DNA of 64,000 bases from the human T2T-CHM13v2.0 reference genome, Homo sapiens, in NCBI RefSeq assembly GCF_009914755.1, contig NC_060931.1. One strand, given 5' to 3'. Under the pieces are notes generated by a model that was not told the DNA's origin, made no database searches, and saw only the letters and a list, made by a program, of their open reading frames with translations. This document shows positions 27,890 through 39,404 of this stretch, one piece after another (the first letter of the stretch is position 1; each line of letters begins with the position of its first letter). The translations under genes were made by a program, and so were the position numbers.

Positions 27890-29687
27890 CTTCGCGGATT
27901 TATCTACCTTTGGTCTTTGATGTTGGTAATCTTTGGATGGGGTTTTTGTGTGGATTTCCTTCTTGTTGATGTTAATGCTATTCATTTTTGTTAGTTTTCC
28001 TTGTAACAGTCATGCCTCTCTGCTACAGGTCTGTTGGAGTTTGCTGGAGGTCCACTGCAGACTCTGTTTGCCTGGGTATCACTAGTGGAGGCTGCAGAAC
28101 AGCAAAGATAGCTGCCTACTCCTTCCTCGGGAAGCTTCATCCCAGAGAGGCACCTGCCAGATGCCAGCCAGAGCTCTCCTGTATGAGGTGTCTGTCGACC
28201 CCTGCTGGGAGGTGTCTTCTCATCAGGAGGCACAGGGTTAGGGACCCACTTAAGGAGGCAGTCTGTCTCTTAGCAGAGCTCGAGTGCTGTGGGAGATCTG
28301 CTGCTCTTCAGAGCCAGCAGGCAGGAATGTTTAAGTCTGCTGAAGCTGCACCCACAGCCGCCCCTTCACCCAGGTGCTCTGTCCCAGGGATATGGGGGTT
28401 TATCTATAAGCCCCTGACTGACGCTGCCGCCCTTCAGAGATGCCCTGCCAAGAGCAGAGGAATCTAGAGAGGCAGTCTGGCTACAACAGCTTTGATGAGT
28501 TGAGGTGGGCTCCGCCCAGTTTAAACTTCCCAGTGGCTTTGTTTACAATGTGAGGAGAAAACCACCTACTAAAGCCTCAGTAATAATAGTGGACACCTCT
28601 CCACCCACCAAGCTTGAGCATCCCAGGTCGACTTTGGACTGCTGTGCTGGCAGCTAGAACTTCAAGCCAGTGGATCTTAGCTTGCTGGGCTCTGTGGGGG
28701 CAGGATTTGCTGAGCTAGATCACTTGGCTTCCTGGCTTTAGTGCACCATTTCCAGGGGGGTAAACAGTTCTGTTTCTGTGGAATTCCAGGTACCACTGGG
28801 GTATGAAAAAAACACTCCTGCAGCTAGCTCTGTGTCTGCCCAAATGGCCACCCAGTTTTGTGCTTGAAACCCAGGGCCCTGGTGGTGTAGGTACCTGAGG
28901 GAATCTCCTGGTCTGTGAGTTGTGAAGACCATGGGAAAAGTGTAGTATCTGGGCCAGAATGCACCATTCCTCATGGCACAATCCTTCATGGCTTCCCTTG
29001 GCTAGGGGATGGATTTCCCTGACCACTTGCACTTCCCCGGGTGAGGCAACACCCCACCCTGCTTCTGCTCACCCTCTGTGGGCTGCACCCATTGTCTAAG
29101 CAGTCCCAATGAGATGAGCCGGATATCTCAGTTGGAAATGCAGAAATCACCTGCCTTCTGTGTTGATCTCGCTGGGAGCTGCAGGCCAGAGCTGTTCCTA
29201 TTTGGCTATCTTGCCCATGAATCTATTATTACATTTTAATAAATAATGAAATAATTATACAACTCACCATAATGTAGAATCAGTGGTAGCCTGAGCTTGT
29301 TCTCCTGCAACTAGGCAGTCCCATCTGGGAGTGATGGGAGACAGTGGCAGGTCTTCAGGCATTAGATTCTCATAAGGAGCATATAACCTAGATTCCTTGC
29401 ATATGCAGTTCACAATAGGGTACCCCCTCCCAAAAGAATCTAATGCCTTTGCTGATCTGACAGGAGGCAGAGCTGAGACAGTAATCTGCATGATGGGGAG
29501 TGACTGTAAATAAATACAGACAAAGCTTTGTTGGTTCATCACTGCTCACCTCCTGCTGTGTGGCCTCATTCCTAACAGGTCACTGGCAGTGGTCTGTGGC
29601 CAGGGGGTTGGAGACATCTGAGGTAGAAGGATTGTATATTATTGTTGCATTGCTGTGCTTAATTTTATTTTAAATGTAGCAAAATAG

Positions 29688-30609
29688 TATGTCCAGAATT
29701 GGTTCCTTCCGGTGGGTTCTTGGTCTCACCAACTTCAAGAATGAAGCTGCAGACCCTCACAGTGAGTGTTACAGTTCTTAAAGATGGTGTGTCCGGAGTT
29801 TGTTCCTTCAGATGTTCAGATGTGTCTGGAGTTTCTTCCTTCTGGTGGGTTCATGGTCTCTCTGACTTTAGGAGTGAAGCTGCAGACTTTTGCAGTGAGT
29901 GTTACAGCTCTTAAGGGTGGCATGTCTGGAGTTGTTTGTTCCTCCTGGTGGGTTCGTGGTTTTGCTGACCTCAGGAATGAAGCCGCAGACCCTCACGGTG
30001 AGTGTTACAGCTCTTAAATGTGGTGTGAACCCAAAGAGTGAGCAGCAGCAAGATTTATTGTGAAGAGAGAAAGAACAAAGCTTCCACAGCATGGAAGGGG
30101 ACCCAAGGGGGTTGCTGCTGCTGACTGGGGTGGCCAGCTTTTGTTCCCTTATTTGTCTCCACCCGTGTCCTGCTGATTGATCCATTTTACAGAGTGCTGA
30201 TTTGTCCATTTTACAGAGTGCTGATTGGTGCATTTACAATCCTGTAGCTAGACACAGAGAGCTGATTGGTGCGTTTTTACAGAGCGCTGATTGGTACGTT
30301 TAGAATCCTTTAGACACAGAGCACTGATTGGTGCATTTTTACAGAGCACTGATTGGTGCATTTACAATCCTTTAGCTAGACACAGAGTGCTGATTGGTGC
30401 ATTTTTACAGGGTGCTGATTGGTGCATTTACATTCCTTTAGCTAGAACAGAGTGCTGATTTGTGCATTTTTACAGAGTGCTGATTGGTACATTTACAATC
30501 CTTTAGCTAGACACAGAGCACTGATTGGTGCGTTGACAGTCCTCTAGCTAGGCAGAAAATTCTCCAAGTCCCCACTCGACCCAGGAAGTCCATCTGGCTT
30601 CACCTCTCA
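29688..30609 (-). mobile_element. LTR12-family (ERV9) solo LTR
   Basis: Minus strand starts tgagaggtgaagccagatggacttcctgggtcgagtgggg and ends ccaattctggacata. Flanks atag/ataa (4-bp TSD, 1 mismatch). U3 CCAAT repeats and three U5 repeats are present. Confidence 0.96.
30173..30530 (-). promoter_or_regulatory. LTR12 U3 tandem CCAAT (NF-Y-type) array
   Basis: 12 ctgatt units: 9 perfect ctgattgg (CCAATCAG on minus) and 3 variants, mostly alternating ~25 and ~40 bp spacing. Confidence 0.8.
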
Positions 30610-30869
30610 ATAACACGCTACTTATTTACTTTCCTAAGGTGAGTCACTTTGTAAAATCTCCTTTTCTAATACCAGTGATGCTGGATTCCAATATTATTGC
30701 TTTTATATCAGAGGTTCTTAAGTGGAGACACATGTCTATCTAAAGAACTTATTCATAAACTAAGGCAATGGATTGATAGTGATGAAAAAACGAACAGAAT
30801 TACCAAACTAGTGAACTCTGAGGACTATTTATTTGTCCCATGCAATTTTATAAAAATTTGACTCATTTG

Positions 30870-31100
30870 TAACTTTTAAAGACTGAAGATTTCACTGAAA
30901 ATCAGATTCTCAATTTGTTTTGAAGGATCACATATCTTTAAAGGCTGAGTTTTGTGTGCATTACTGAGAGGCAGCAATCAGTTAGAATTAAGTGGCCCCC
31001 TTTTGCCACTAGGTCCCCAGTCCTCACTGTAGTTCCCTGTTCTGCCTGCTTGACTCATTCACATTGCCTGTCCCCAGTGGTGTTTGAATTCGTGACATCC
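30870..31100 (+). mobile_element. hAT-Charlie MER102-like fragment
   Basis: 'ggcagcaatcagttagaattaagtggccccc...actcattcacattgcctg...tttgaattcgtgacatcc'. Confidence 0.55.
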
Positions 31101-31139
31101 AATATAGTCTTATCTTTATAATACTTACTAATAAATCAC

Positions 31140-31573
31140 ACTTTTCAGCTTCATTGGGGTGTAATGAACAAATAGAAATGATCTATATTTAAGAGGTATT
31201 ATACATCATTTAAATGGTATATATCATTTAATCATGTATTATATATTTAAATGATATATATAAATATAAATATATATTTAAATGATATATATCATTTAAA
31301 TGATATATATTACATATATAATAACTTGATATTTATATATACCTATATATAGGCTGTGAAATGATCACCACTTTCAAGGTTTTTGGTAAAAATATTTAAG
31401 GTCTGTCCTTCTAGTAAACCTCATGTATACAATGCAGCACAGAGCAGAATGGTAGCTACCAAGGTCTGTGAGCTAGGGAAAATGGGAAGATGCTGGTCAA
31501 AGGATACGAAGTTTCATTTATGCAAGATGAATAACTTCTGGAGGGCTAATGTGCAACATGGTGACTATAGTTA
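31140..31573 (-). mobile_element. Short 5'-inverted L1MA (MA9-like) 3' end containing an AT-rich repeat
   Basis: Antisense 3' terminus at 31140-31439, then sense piece 31440-31573 'agagcagaatggtagctaccaagg...catggtgactatagtta'. Confidence 0.75.
31197..31353. repeat. AT-rich palindromic low-complexity repeat
   Basis: Repeated atttaaat / gatatatatc units. Perfect 26-bp palindromes at 31276-31301 and 31285-31310. Confidence 0.9.
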
Positions 31574-32186
31574 CCAGTGGACCACTTTTTAAAGGTTGAA
31601 TCAATTCAGGTGAATGACTGATGTAAATAATACCAAGTTTGGTTTGTTTTATTCTCTCTCTCTCTTTTCTAATTAATGGAGGTTCAGAATTGTGTTCTTA
31701 GTGTTCAATAAATTTGAGGGATGGCTAAAATAGTTAAATGATTATCTGGAGGTTAATCTTTAAGTCTTTAAGTAGGTCCTTTGTTTTTTAAGAGATAGCC
31801 TTTCATGTAAACTTAAAAGACTATATCCTTTTTTTTAAAAAAAAAAAAGAAAAACGTGCTTCTAGTTAAAAATATTGTCCTAGGATTTCAAAGTAAAAGT
31901 TATTGAGAAAAAAGTTATTGACTACAGGATTATGTAAAATTTTGGAAAATTCATATATTGTAAATACTAATGATAAAAATTTAACATAGAATGAATTTGA
32001 GTAGAAAAAACTAGAAAACCTATATAAAATAAATCACTCATAGGTTACAAACATAAAAGATGTTTTATAAAAGTACTTACAGTTCATTTTATGAATATGC
32101 TACTTTTCTGAGTTCTTACTTTAAAAAAAAACAGCCTTGGATATAATGCTTTCAAATTTATAAAACATAGCCACATATATTTTATC

Positions 32187-32495
32187 TTTATTTATTTATT
32201 TTTTTACATTTTTGAGACATAGTCTCACTTTGTCGCCCAGGCTGGAGTGCAGTGGCACGATCTTGGCTCACTGTAACCTCTGACTCCCAGGCTCAGGTAA
32301 TTCTCCCATCTCAGCCTCCTGAGTAGCTGGGACTACAGGTATGTGCTGCCACCTTCAGCTAATTTTTGTATATTTAGTAGAGGTGGGGTTTCACCATACT
32401 GGCCAGGCCTTTCTCAAATTCCTGGCCTCAAGTGATCAGCCTGCCTTGGCCTCCCAAAGTGCTGGGATCACAGGCATGAGCCATTGTGCCTGGCC
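32187..32495 (-). mobile_element. AluJ-type SINE inserted in a MIR
   Basis: Diverged dimer; TSD tattttatc at 32178-32186 and 32496-32504. Confidence 0.95.
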
Positions 32496-32690
32496 TATTT
32501 TATCATTTAATTTTAAAAACAGATTTGTGTAAAATGGCCAAGAAATAATTTTCCCTTTTTAGAGATGCGGAAACTGAGTCTCAGATATATTTTGAATTGC
32601 TTGCTAGAAGTCACACAAGTAGTTAATAGTAGAGCCAGACCTAGAACTCTATTCTGACTTTCACTCCAGAGGTCTTTCAACTACATTAGC
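32496..32690 (-). mobile_element. MIR SINE
   Basis: 'ttttagagatgcggaaactgagtctcaga...gtcacacaagtagttaatagtagagccagacctagaac'. Confidence 0.8.
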
Positions 32691-33224
32691 CAGGCCTTCA
32701 ATTTGCAATAGACTCTTTTCCAAAGTAACACAGAAATAAAATGTCTAGTCCCAAAGGTGCTACAATGTTAAAATATGAGATGTGATTTAAATTAATTGTC
32801 ACGTTCTGTGGTAAAGAAATGAAAATATTATTCAAGTTTAACTTTGAGAGAAATTCAAATAAACTCAGCCAAATACTTGGGGAAAATTCCGCAAACTACT
32901 CCATGGAAGGTGAATTAAACTTAGCCAAACCATCAGCAATGTACTCCTACTGTTTAAAGTGGAAGCCGTACCACTGTGGTACTTTGTATGCCATTTCTAG
33001 GAAAGTGTTTTTGTATCATTCTTACTTGCAGTCATGGTTTGCTAAGAAATATCTTGTCCATTTTTTAATTGCTTGAGCAAACGGAGAGAAAACAAATTTT
33101 GCAGAAGTCAGACTAACGGTCTCATTAGATTTCCTGGTTCTCATGTCTTTTATGAATTGACTAGTATAAATGAGCAGTCACCACAAAAATGTATTGTCTA
33201 TTCCCACTGTTTCAGAATCTTCAG

Positions 33225-33545
33225 ACCTATGTTGTCTAGTACAGTGGATAAGAGTTTGTCTTCTGAGATCAGACGTTTCTAGGTAAAAACCCAACTTTCT
33301 GTTTTCTAGCTGTGTGGGTAAGTTGCTTAGTCATTTTAAGATTCCTTCATTCATTTCTTTCAAAATATTTATTGAATGCATACCATATGCTATGAAATAT
33401 GTTAGATGCTAAAGACATGACAGTAAACAAAAAAGACAAAAATTTGTGCTGATGGAGTTTATATTTTAATGCCTCAATAACACTGAAAGTAAAATGGAGA
33501 TAAAAATGATACTTTATTTCCTGGATGATTCCTGGGATTTTATAA
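33225..33545. mobile_element. MIR (+) interrupted by an L2 3' end (-, ~33346-33470)
   Basis: MIR head and core on either side of 'ttcattcatttctttcaaaatatttattgaatgcataccatatgc'. Confidence 0.6.
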
Positions 33546-33762
33546 AATTAGTCAGGCTAGATGTACAGTTGTGCACATTAAAGTCTCTACTCTCCACCTT
33601 AAGCAGGTTGGAGAAGGGATTCAAGTCCAGTATACCCTCCTATGTAATTAAGCTATGGCTCTTACTCACCTGCAGGAAGTAGAACAAATGGTGAAAACCC
33701 AAACAGGGTCCAGGAAGGGAAAATATGCTGTAAATGAAAAATGTTAATTCAGTCTTTCCCTA

Positions 33763-34810
33763 TTTTTTTAAACTTTGATTTTGAAATTTTTTTTTTACTT
33801 ATAGAACAGTTGCAACGATAGTACAGAGAATTTTGGTATACCCTTCACCCAACTTCCCTTTATTAATACCTTGATTAACCATAGCAAATTAACAAAACCA
33901 AGAAATTAGCATTGATAAAATGCATTAACCAAACTGCAGACTTTACAGTATAGGCCAATTTTGTTGTTGTGGTGGTTGTTTTTTTGTTTTACTAGTGTCC
34001 TCCTTTTGTTTCAAGATCCAATCCTGGGTACCATATTGCACTTAATTGTCATGTTTGTTTCCTAAGTCTGTTTCAATCTGTGTCAGCTCATCATTTGTTC
34101 TTTATGTTTCATGAGCTTGACAAATTTGGAGACTACTGGTAAGGTAGAATGTTTCTCAATTTGGCTTTGAGTTTTACTAATAATTAGATTGAGGTTGTAA
34201 ATTTTGGTAAGCGTAACACATAAGTAATGTAATTACTTCAATCAGAATATCATATGAAGGGGTACAAAATATTGATATGACTTACTTCTAGCAATGTTAA
34301 TCTTGATAACTTAGTTAAGAAGCTGTCTGCCAGGTGTCTCCTTTGCAATTTAGAAATATCTTAGGAGTAGATATTTCTAAATTTCAAAGGTTATACTTTG
34401 AGATAATACCTTGAGACTATGCAAATACTCTGTTTTTCCTCAAGCTTTTGCTCACTAATGTTAGCATCCATTGGTAGAATTTGCTTGCAGTAATTGTCAT
34501 TGTCTTCTAATGGTGATCATTACAATGGTCTTATCCCTTCTACAGTTATAATTGGAATTCTTCTGTAAGAATTAACTATCTCTTCTATTTCATTTGTTTA
34601 TTGGTTGAATTATGGTTAGCTTTGGATATTTATTTATGTGAGGTATTTATGTTATATAATAGTTATAATCCAGTAATATTTCAGTTACTTTTGCCCAGAT
34701 AATTCCAGTTTTGGCCATTGGGGAAGATTTTAGCTTGGCTCCTGTGCCCTTTTGACATAAGCCTATCCTTTTCTGAGTACATCCTTATTTCCTGGCACCA
34801 CAAGATGCTT
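33763..34810 (-). mobile_element. L1MC4/5-type 3' UTR
   Basis: 'tagaacagttgcaacgatagtacagagaattttggtatacccttcacccaacttccc' through 'cctggcaccacaagatgc'. Confidence 0.8.
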
Positions 34811-35386
34811 TTGTTATAAAGAGAAGCAATCAGATCCTTTAAGAATGTAATACATGTAAAGCTTTTGTATATTTTTTTAAAAGCTAAAACCAGGAAAAGA
34901 TTATCTTCCGAGACTATCACAGAAAGATTAATGTCAATGAATGTCTCTTTTCTAATATCGTACCAAACACTTAACTGTTTTCACGCTAAGTTAATCCTGT
35001 TGAAGAATCTGAGTATTCCTATTACTGCACTTTATGTAAGAATGATGGCTTAAATTCGTCTGTAAGCATTGGCATTGAAATAATTTCTGAACTCCATTCT
35101 CCTCCCTGACTTGGTGGGGATATCATAGCATCCAATGTGCAGCAATGTGTATTTTGGTACATAAAATGAATGAGGGGAATTTTATTCACTTGATGTTGCT
35201 CACTAACACTCCTTAGTGCTGCTGGATCAGGAAGTGTGAGGTCAAGCCAAATAAAATGCTATTTCCAGAAGTCTGTGAGTGGACTTGTTGGCTCTGTTAT
35301 ATCTTAAGAGAATGAGAAAAACACACCAACTCTGCAGAAGGGAGGCTTTAGTGTGATTTGCCTGTAGTCTGTATCTTCTTCTAGAA

Positions 35387-35589
35387 CAGAGGTCAGGCAA
35401 GCTACAATCCTTGGGCCAAATCTAGTCAGCTGCCTGTTTTTATAGCCCTCAAACTGTTTGTTACATTTTTCAAATGGTAATATTTTATAGTTATATGAGT
35501 CCCTGCATAATATCCAGAATTTTCCTCTTCGCTCTCACAGCCTACTATTATACCCTCTGGCCCTTTAAGAAAATCTTTGCTGGTTTCTG
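35387..35589 (+). mobile_element. hAT-Charlie MITE (MER58/MER3-like)
   Basis: cagaggtcaggcaagctac...ggccctttaagaaaatctttgctggtttctg, with 8-bp TSD ttctagaa / ttctaaaa. Confidence 0.75.
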
Positions 35590-35815
35590 TTCTAAAAGAA
35601 GTCATCCCTCCTTGCTTTGCACATGCTAGTTCCTCTGCCTGCAATACTCTTCTCTGCTTTGCCCACTTGACTGACGCCTACTTGTCTTTTAAATATCAAC
35701 ACAAAGATTCCCTATTCTGCCATCTTTTCCTGACCTAACACATAGAGTCAAATGTCTCTCTTCTGACCACCTATGCTGCGTACCTGTAGTGTTAAGGCAT
35801 ATCTCTTTTCTAATT

Positions 35816-36010
35816 CAGTGGTGTGCTGAAACCAGCTGGTAAGAGCCAATTATATGCATCTCTTCTCAACTCCATATTCAGTGATACCACACTGGTGTCT
35901 TGAAATTGACCACAGTGGGAATATTTATACCATGGAAATTGGCAAACACCACAAACCAGGGATTCCACCTTCTCATAGAGAATAGAGCATTTAGTGTTAC
36001 TAGCACACTG
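35816..36010 (+). mobile_element. MER63A-like hAT-Blackjack MITE
   Basis: Ends cagtggtgtgctg / tagcacactg; internal 'catctcttctcaactccatattcagtga' and 'ggaaattggcaaacaccacaaaccaggg'. Confidence 0.8.
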
Positions 36011-36334
36011 CTATTTATCACACTGTTTTTTGTTTATTTGATTTTTATTGTTTTTTTTTTCTGACTCTGCCAGCAGATTCTCAGCTACTTAAGGAATGAG
36101 TCTGAATTTTATTAATCTTTTGTACCTTATAGTGCCTTAAATAGAATAGGCAATTCATGCTCCTTGAAGTAATGAGAAATTAACTGAGGAATGAATGTTG
36201 TATATATGGAAAAAATTCTGTTCTGTAATCATTTCTAAATCAAAGGAATAATAATTTAGGGGCTTAAAACTATATACATCAGGGACGTTTGCTTAAAATA
36301 ACCATATTTCAGAGCCTAAATTAATAAATTAATG

Positions 36335-37625
36335 ACAAAAGACATTCAAATAGGAAAGTAAGTCAAACTAGCTCTCTTCAATGATGATATGATTCTATAC
36401 CTAGAAAACCCTAAAGACTCCACCAGAAGGCTTCTAGAACAGATAAATTACTTCAGTAAAGTTTCAGGATACAAAATCAATGTACAAAAATCAGTAGCAT
36501 TTCTATATACCAATAACGTTCAGGCTGAGGGTCAAATCAAGAATAAATCCCATTTACAATTACCTCCCTTATACACACACAAAATACCTAGGAATACAGC
36601 TAACCAAGAGGGTGAAAGATCCCTACAAGGAGAACTACAAAACACTGCTGAAGGAAATCAGAGATTACACAAATAAATGGAAGAATATTCCATGCTCATG
36701 GATTGGAAGAATCAACATTATTAAAATGGCCATACTGCCCAAAGCAATTTACAGATTCAGCTCTATTCCTACCAAACTACTAGTGTCATTTTTTACATAA
36801 CTAGAAAAAAACTATTCTAAAATTCATGTGGAACCGAAAAAGAGCCCAAATAGTTAAAATAATCCTAAGCAAAAAGAGCAAAGCTGAAGGCAACACACTA
36901 CCTAACTTCAAACTATCCTATGAGGCTGCAGTAGCCAAAACTACATAGTCCTGGTGTAAAAAAAGACACACAAACCAATGGAACAAGATAAAGAACACAG
37001 AAATAAAGCCACACACCTATGAACAACTGATCTACAACAAAGCTGAACAAAAACAAGCTATAAGGAAAGGATTCCCTATTCAATATAGGGAATATATCAG
37101 TGCTGTGGTAACTGGCTATCTATATGCAGAAGAATAAAACTTGACCCCCACCTTTTACCATATGCAAAATTAACTCAAGATGGATTAAAGATTTGAATGT
37201 AAGACCTCAAACTATAAAAGTCCTGGAAGAAAACCTAGGAAATGCCATTCTTGATTAAGTCCTTAAAAGCCAAAATTGACAAGTGGGATCTAATTAAACT
37301 AAAGAGCTTCTTAACAGCAAAAGAAATTATCAATAAACAGAAAATGTATAAAATGGGAGAAAATATTCACAAACTATGCATCAGACAAAGACCTAATATC
37401 CAAAATCTATAAGGAACTTAAATCAACTAGCAAAACCCCAAAGAAATGCATTAAAAAATGGGCAAAAGACATGAACAGACACTTCTTTAAAGAAGACATA
37501 TAAGTGGTCAAAAAATATTTTAAAAAGTTCATCATCACTAATCATCAGAGAAATGCAAATCAAAATCACAGTGAGATACCATCTCACACCAGTTAGGATG
37601 GCCGTTATTAAAAAACTAAACACAC
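36335..37625 (+). mobile_element. Older L1 (L1PB/L1PA15-16-like) ORF2 fragment
   Basis: Peptides [17 protein letters not shown] and [29 protein letters not shown]. Broken frames. Confidence 0.92.
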
Positions 37626-37713
37626 GGCAGGGTGCAGTGGCTCACACCTGTAATCCCAGCACTTGGGAGGCTGAGGTGGGCGGATCACCTGAGGTCAGGA
37701 GTTCGAGACCAGC
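37626..37713 (+). mobile_element. 3'-truncated AluS (first ~88 bp only)
   Basis: ggcagggtgcagtggctcacacctgtaatcccagcac...gttcgagaccagc, then an abrupt switch to L1 sequence. Confidence 0.95.
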
Positions 37714-37734
37714 AAACTAACACAAAAACTAACA

Positions 37735-38026
37735 CATTCTCAGCAAACTAACACAAGAACAGAAAACCAAACACCGCATGTTCTCACTCATAAGTGGGAG
37801 TTGAACAATGAGAACACATGGACACGGAGTGGCGGGGGGCATCACACACTGGGGCCTGTCAGGAGATGGGGGACTTGGGGAGGGATAGCATTAGAAGAAA
37901 TATATAATATAGATGACAGGTTGATGGGTGCAGCAAACCACCATGGTACATGTATACCTATGTAACAAACCTGCACGTTCTGCACATGTACCCCAGAACT
38001 TAAAGTATAATAACAATAAAGAAAAG
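37735..38026 (+). mobile_element. L1PA7-like 3' end
   Basis: 'cattctcagcaaactaacacaagaacagaaaacc...cccagaacttaaagtataataacaataaag'; closely mirrors 22815-23092 in reverse complement. Confidence 0.95.
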
Positions 38027-38297
38027 TAGAGAAATTAGGGCACATAATTTACATCCAAAGATAGAAAAGTAACAATTAGTTTTGGTCACAGAGGAGAACC
38101 CACAAGGAAAAGTATATTTCTACAAATAAAAATTAGGACAGTGAAAGAACTGAAACTGGAAAACGGTGCACCTATGTCTAAATGCAATATCTGAATCTTC
38201 ACACAATGTTTCTTAATGGTTTGAAACCAACAATTACTTTTCACTTTGTTTTATGCATAGTCCCATCAACAGAAAATGTTACAGAATTTATATAAAA

Positions 38298-38340
38298 TGT
38301 GTGTGTGTGTGTATATATGTGTGTGTGTGTGTGTGTGTGT
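38298..38340. repeat. Interrupted (TG)n microsatellite
   Basis: (TG)n-tatata-(TG)n, directly visible. Confidence 0.95.
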
Positions 38341-39404
38341 ATACACATTTCCCCTGCCCACTCCAGCTAATGACATACAATCTGCTCTCCAGAAAGGCAT
38401 TCTCTCATTCCTCCCATCATTGGGAATCATTGCAAATGACTGACTGGTCTGTGATGAGTAATGATTTTTCACTTTCCCATTGCATTCAAAATAATAATGA
38501 ATAAGACTGGTAAATATATAGACTGCCTTTATGTTTGCGTGACTTATTCAACATTATAAAAAACATCTGGAATATGCGTTGTTCACAGTTAAATAAAATT
38601 GCTTTCCAGTTTTAAATACAGAATCATTTTTGTAGTCCCAATACTCATAAGTGCTACTAAAACTATTTTGTAAGTGCAGTCCCAAAATCTTCAAGAAGTT
38701 CAATAGTCCATCCTGTCTCAAAGCAAATGACAGGCATCCAAGTGATGGTATTGCCAAGGCAAGAGGGTTGTATTTGGCTCCTCTATCTGAATGACAACCT
38801 AGCTACTGTGAAAACCTGGGGATTTGACTTCTGTTATAATTGGATCAGATCTTTCCAGCAGCTCCTTCAAGGGGATATTAGTTTCATATGGAACCTGCAG
38901 TTCTTCCAATTTAAGGCTTTGATCGTACAAATAAATGTTGAAATGCTGATTCTGATTCTGTCATGCTAATAGAATTGGTGACTGGATTTGTATTCAACTG
39001 TGTTGAAGACACAAGGGAGTGGGCAAATAACTAAATGGCCCATTTACTGAGAAGGCACAGTGATGATGAAAAGATGGTCCAAGATTAAGATTTGCAGGAG
39101 ATTTGCTTTTATTACTAAATTAATAGGCAGCCTGTATTATCATAAGATCTGAAGTTCTAGTGAGCTGTGAATGATCAAACTGCAGATTTCTTGAGGAAAT
39201 GTTTTGCGGTGTTAACAACCTTCTGGAGATATCTGTCCCATCATTATTCTTTATCCACCCTGTGGTTAAGGCTGATGCATCTGAAAAGTATGTGGAATCT
39301 TCTTTCAAAATGTATTATATTTGATGACTATGCTGCAGCATATAAGTATCCCATTCAAGATGTATTTAAAATTAAACATGACATTTTGCTTTTAAAAAGA
39401 AACA

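Noticed and set aside
27988-28467. 159-aa plus-strand ORF
   Set aside because: Antisense to the GC-richer L1 5'UTR with a non-ATG start; such frames are common in L1 copies and it is not ORF0.
30173-30545. CRISPR-like repeat/spacer array
   Set aside because: The inter-repeat segments are themselves repeated, the array is the known LTR12 U3 repeat, and the DNA is primate with no cas genes.
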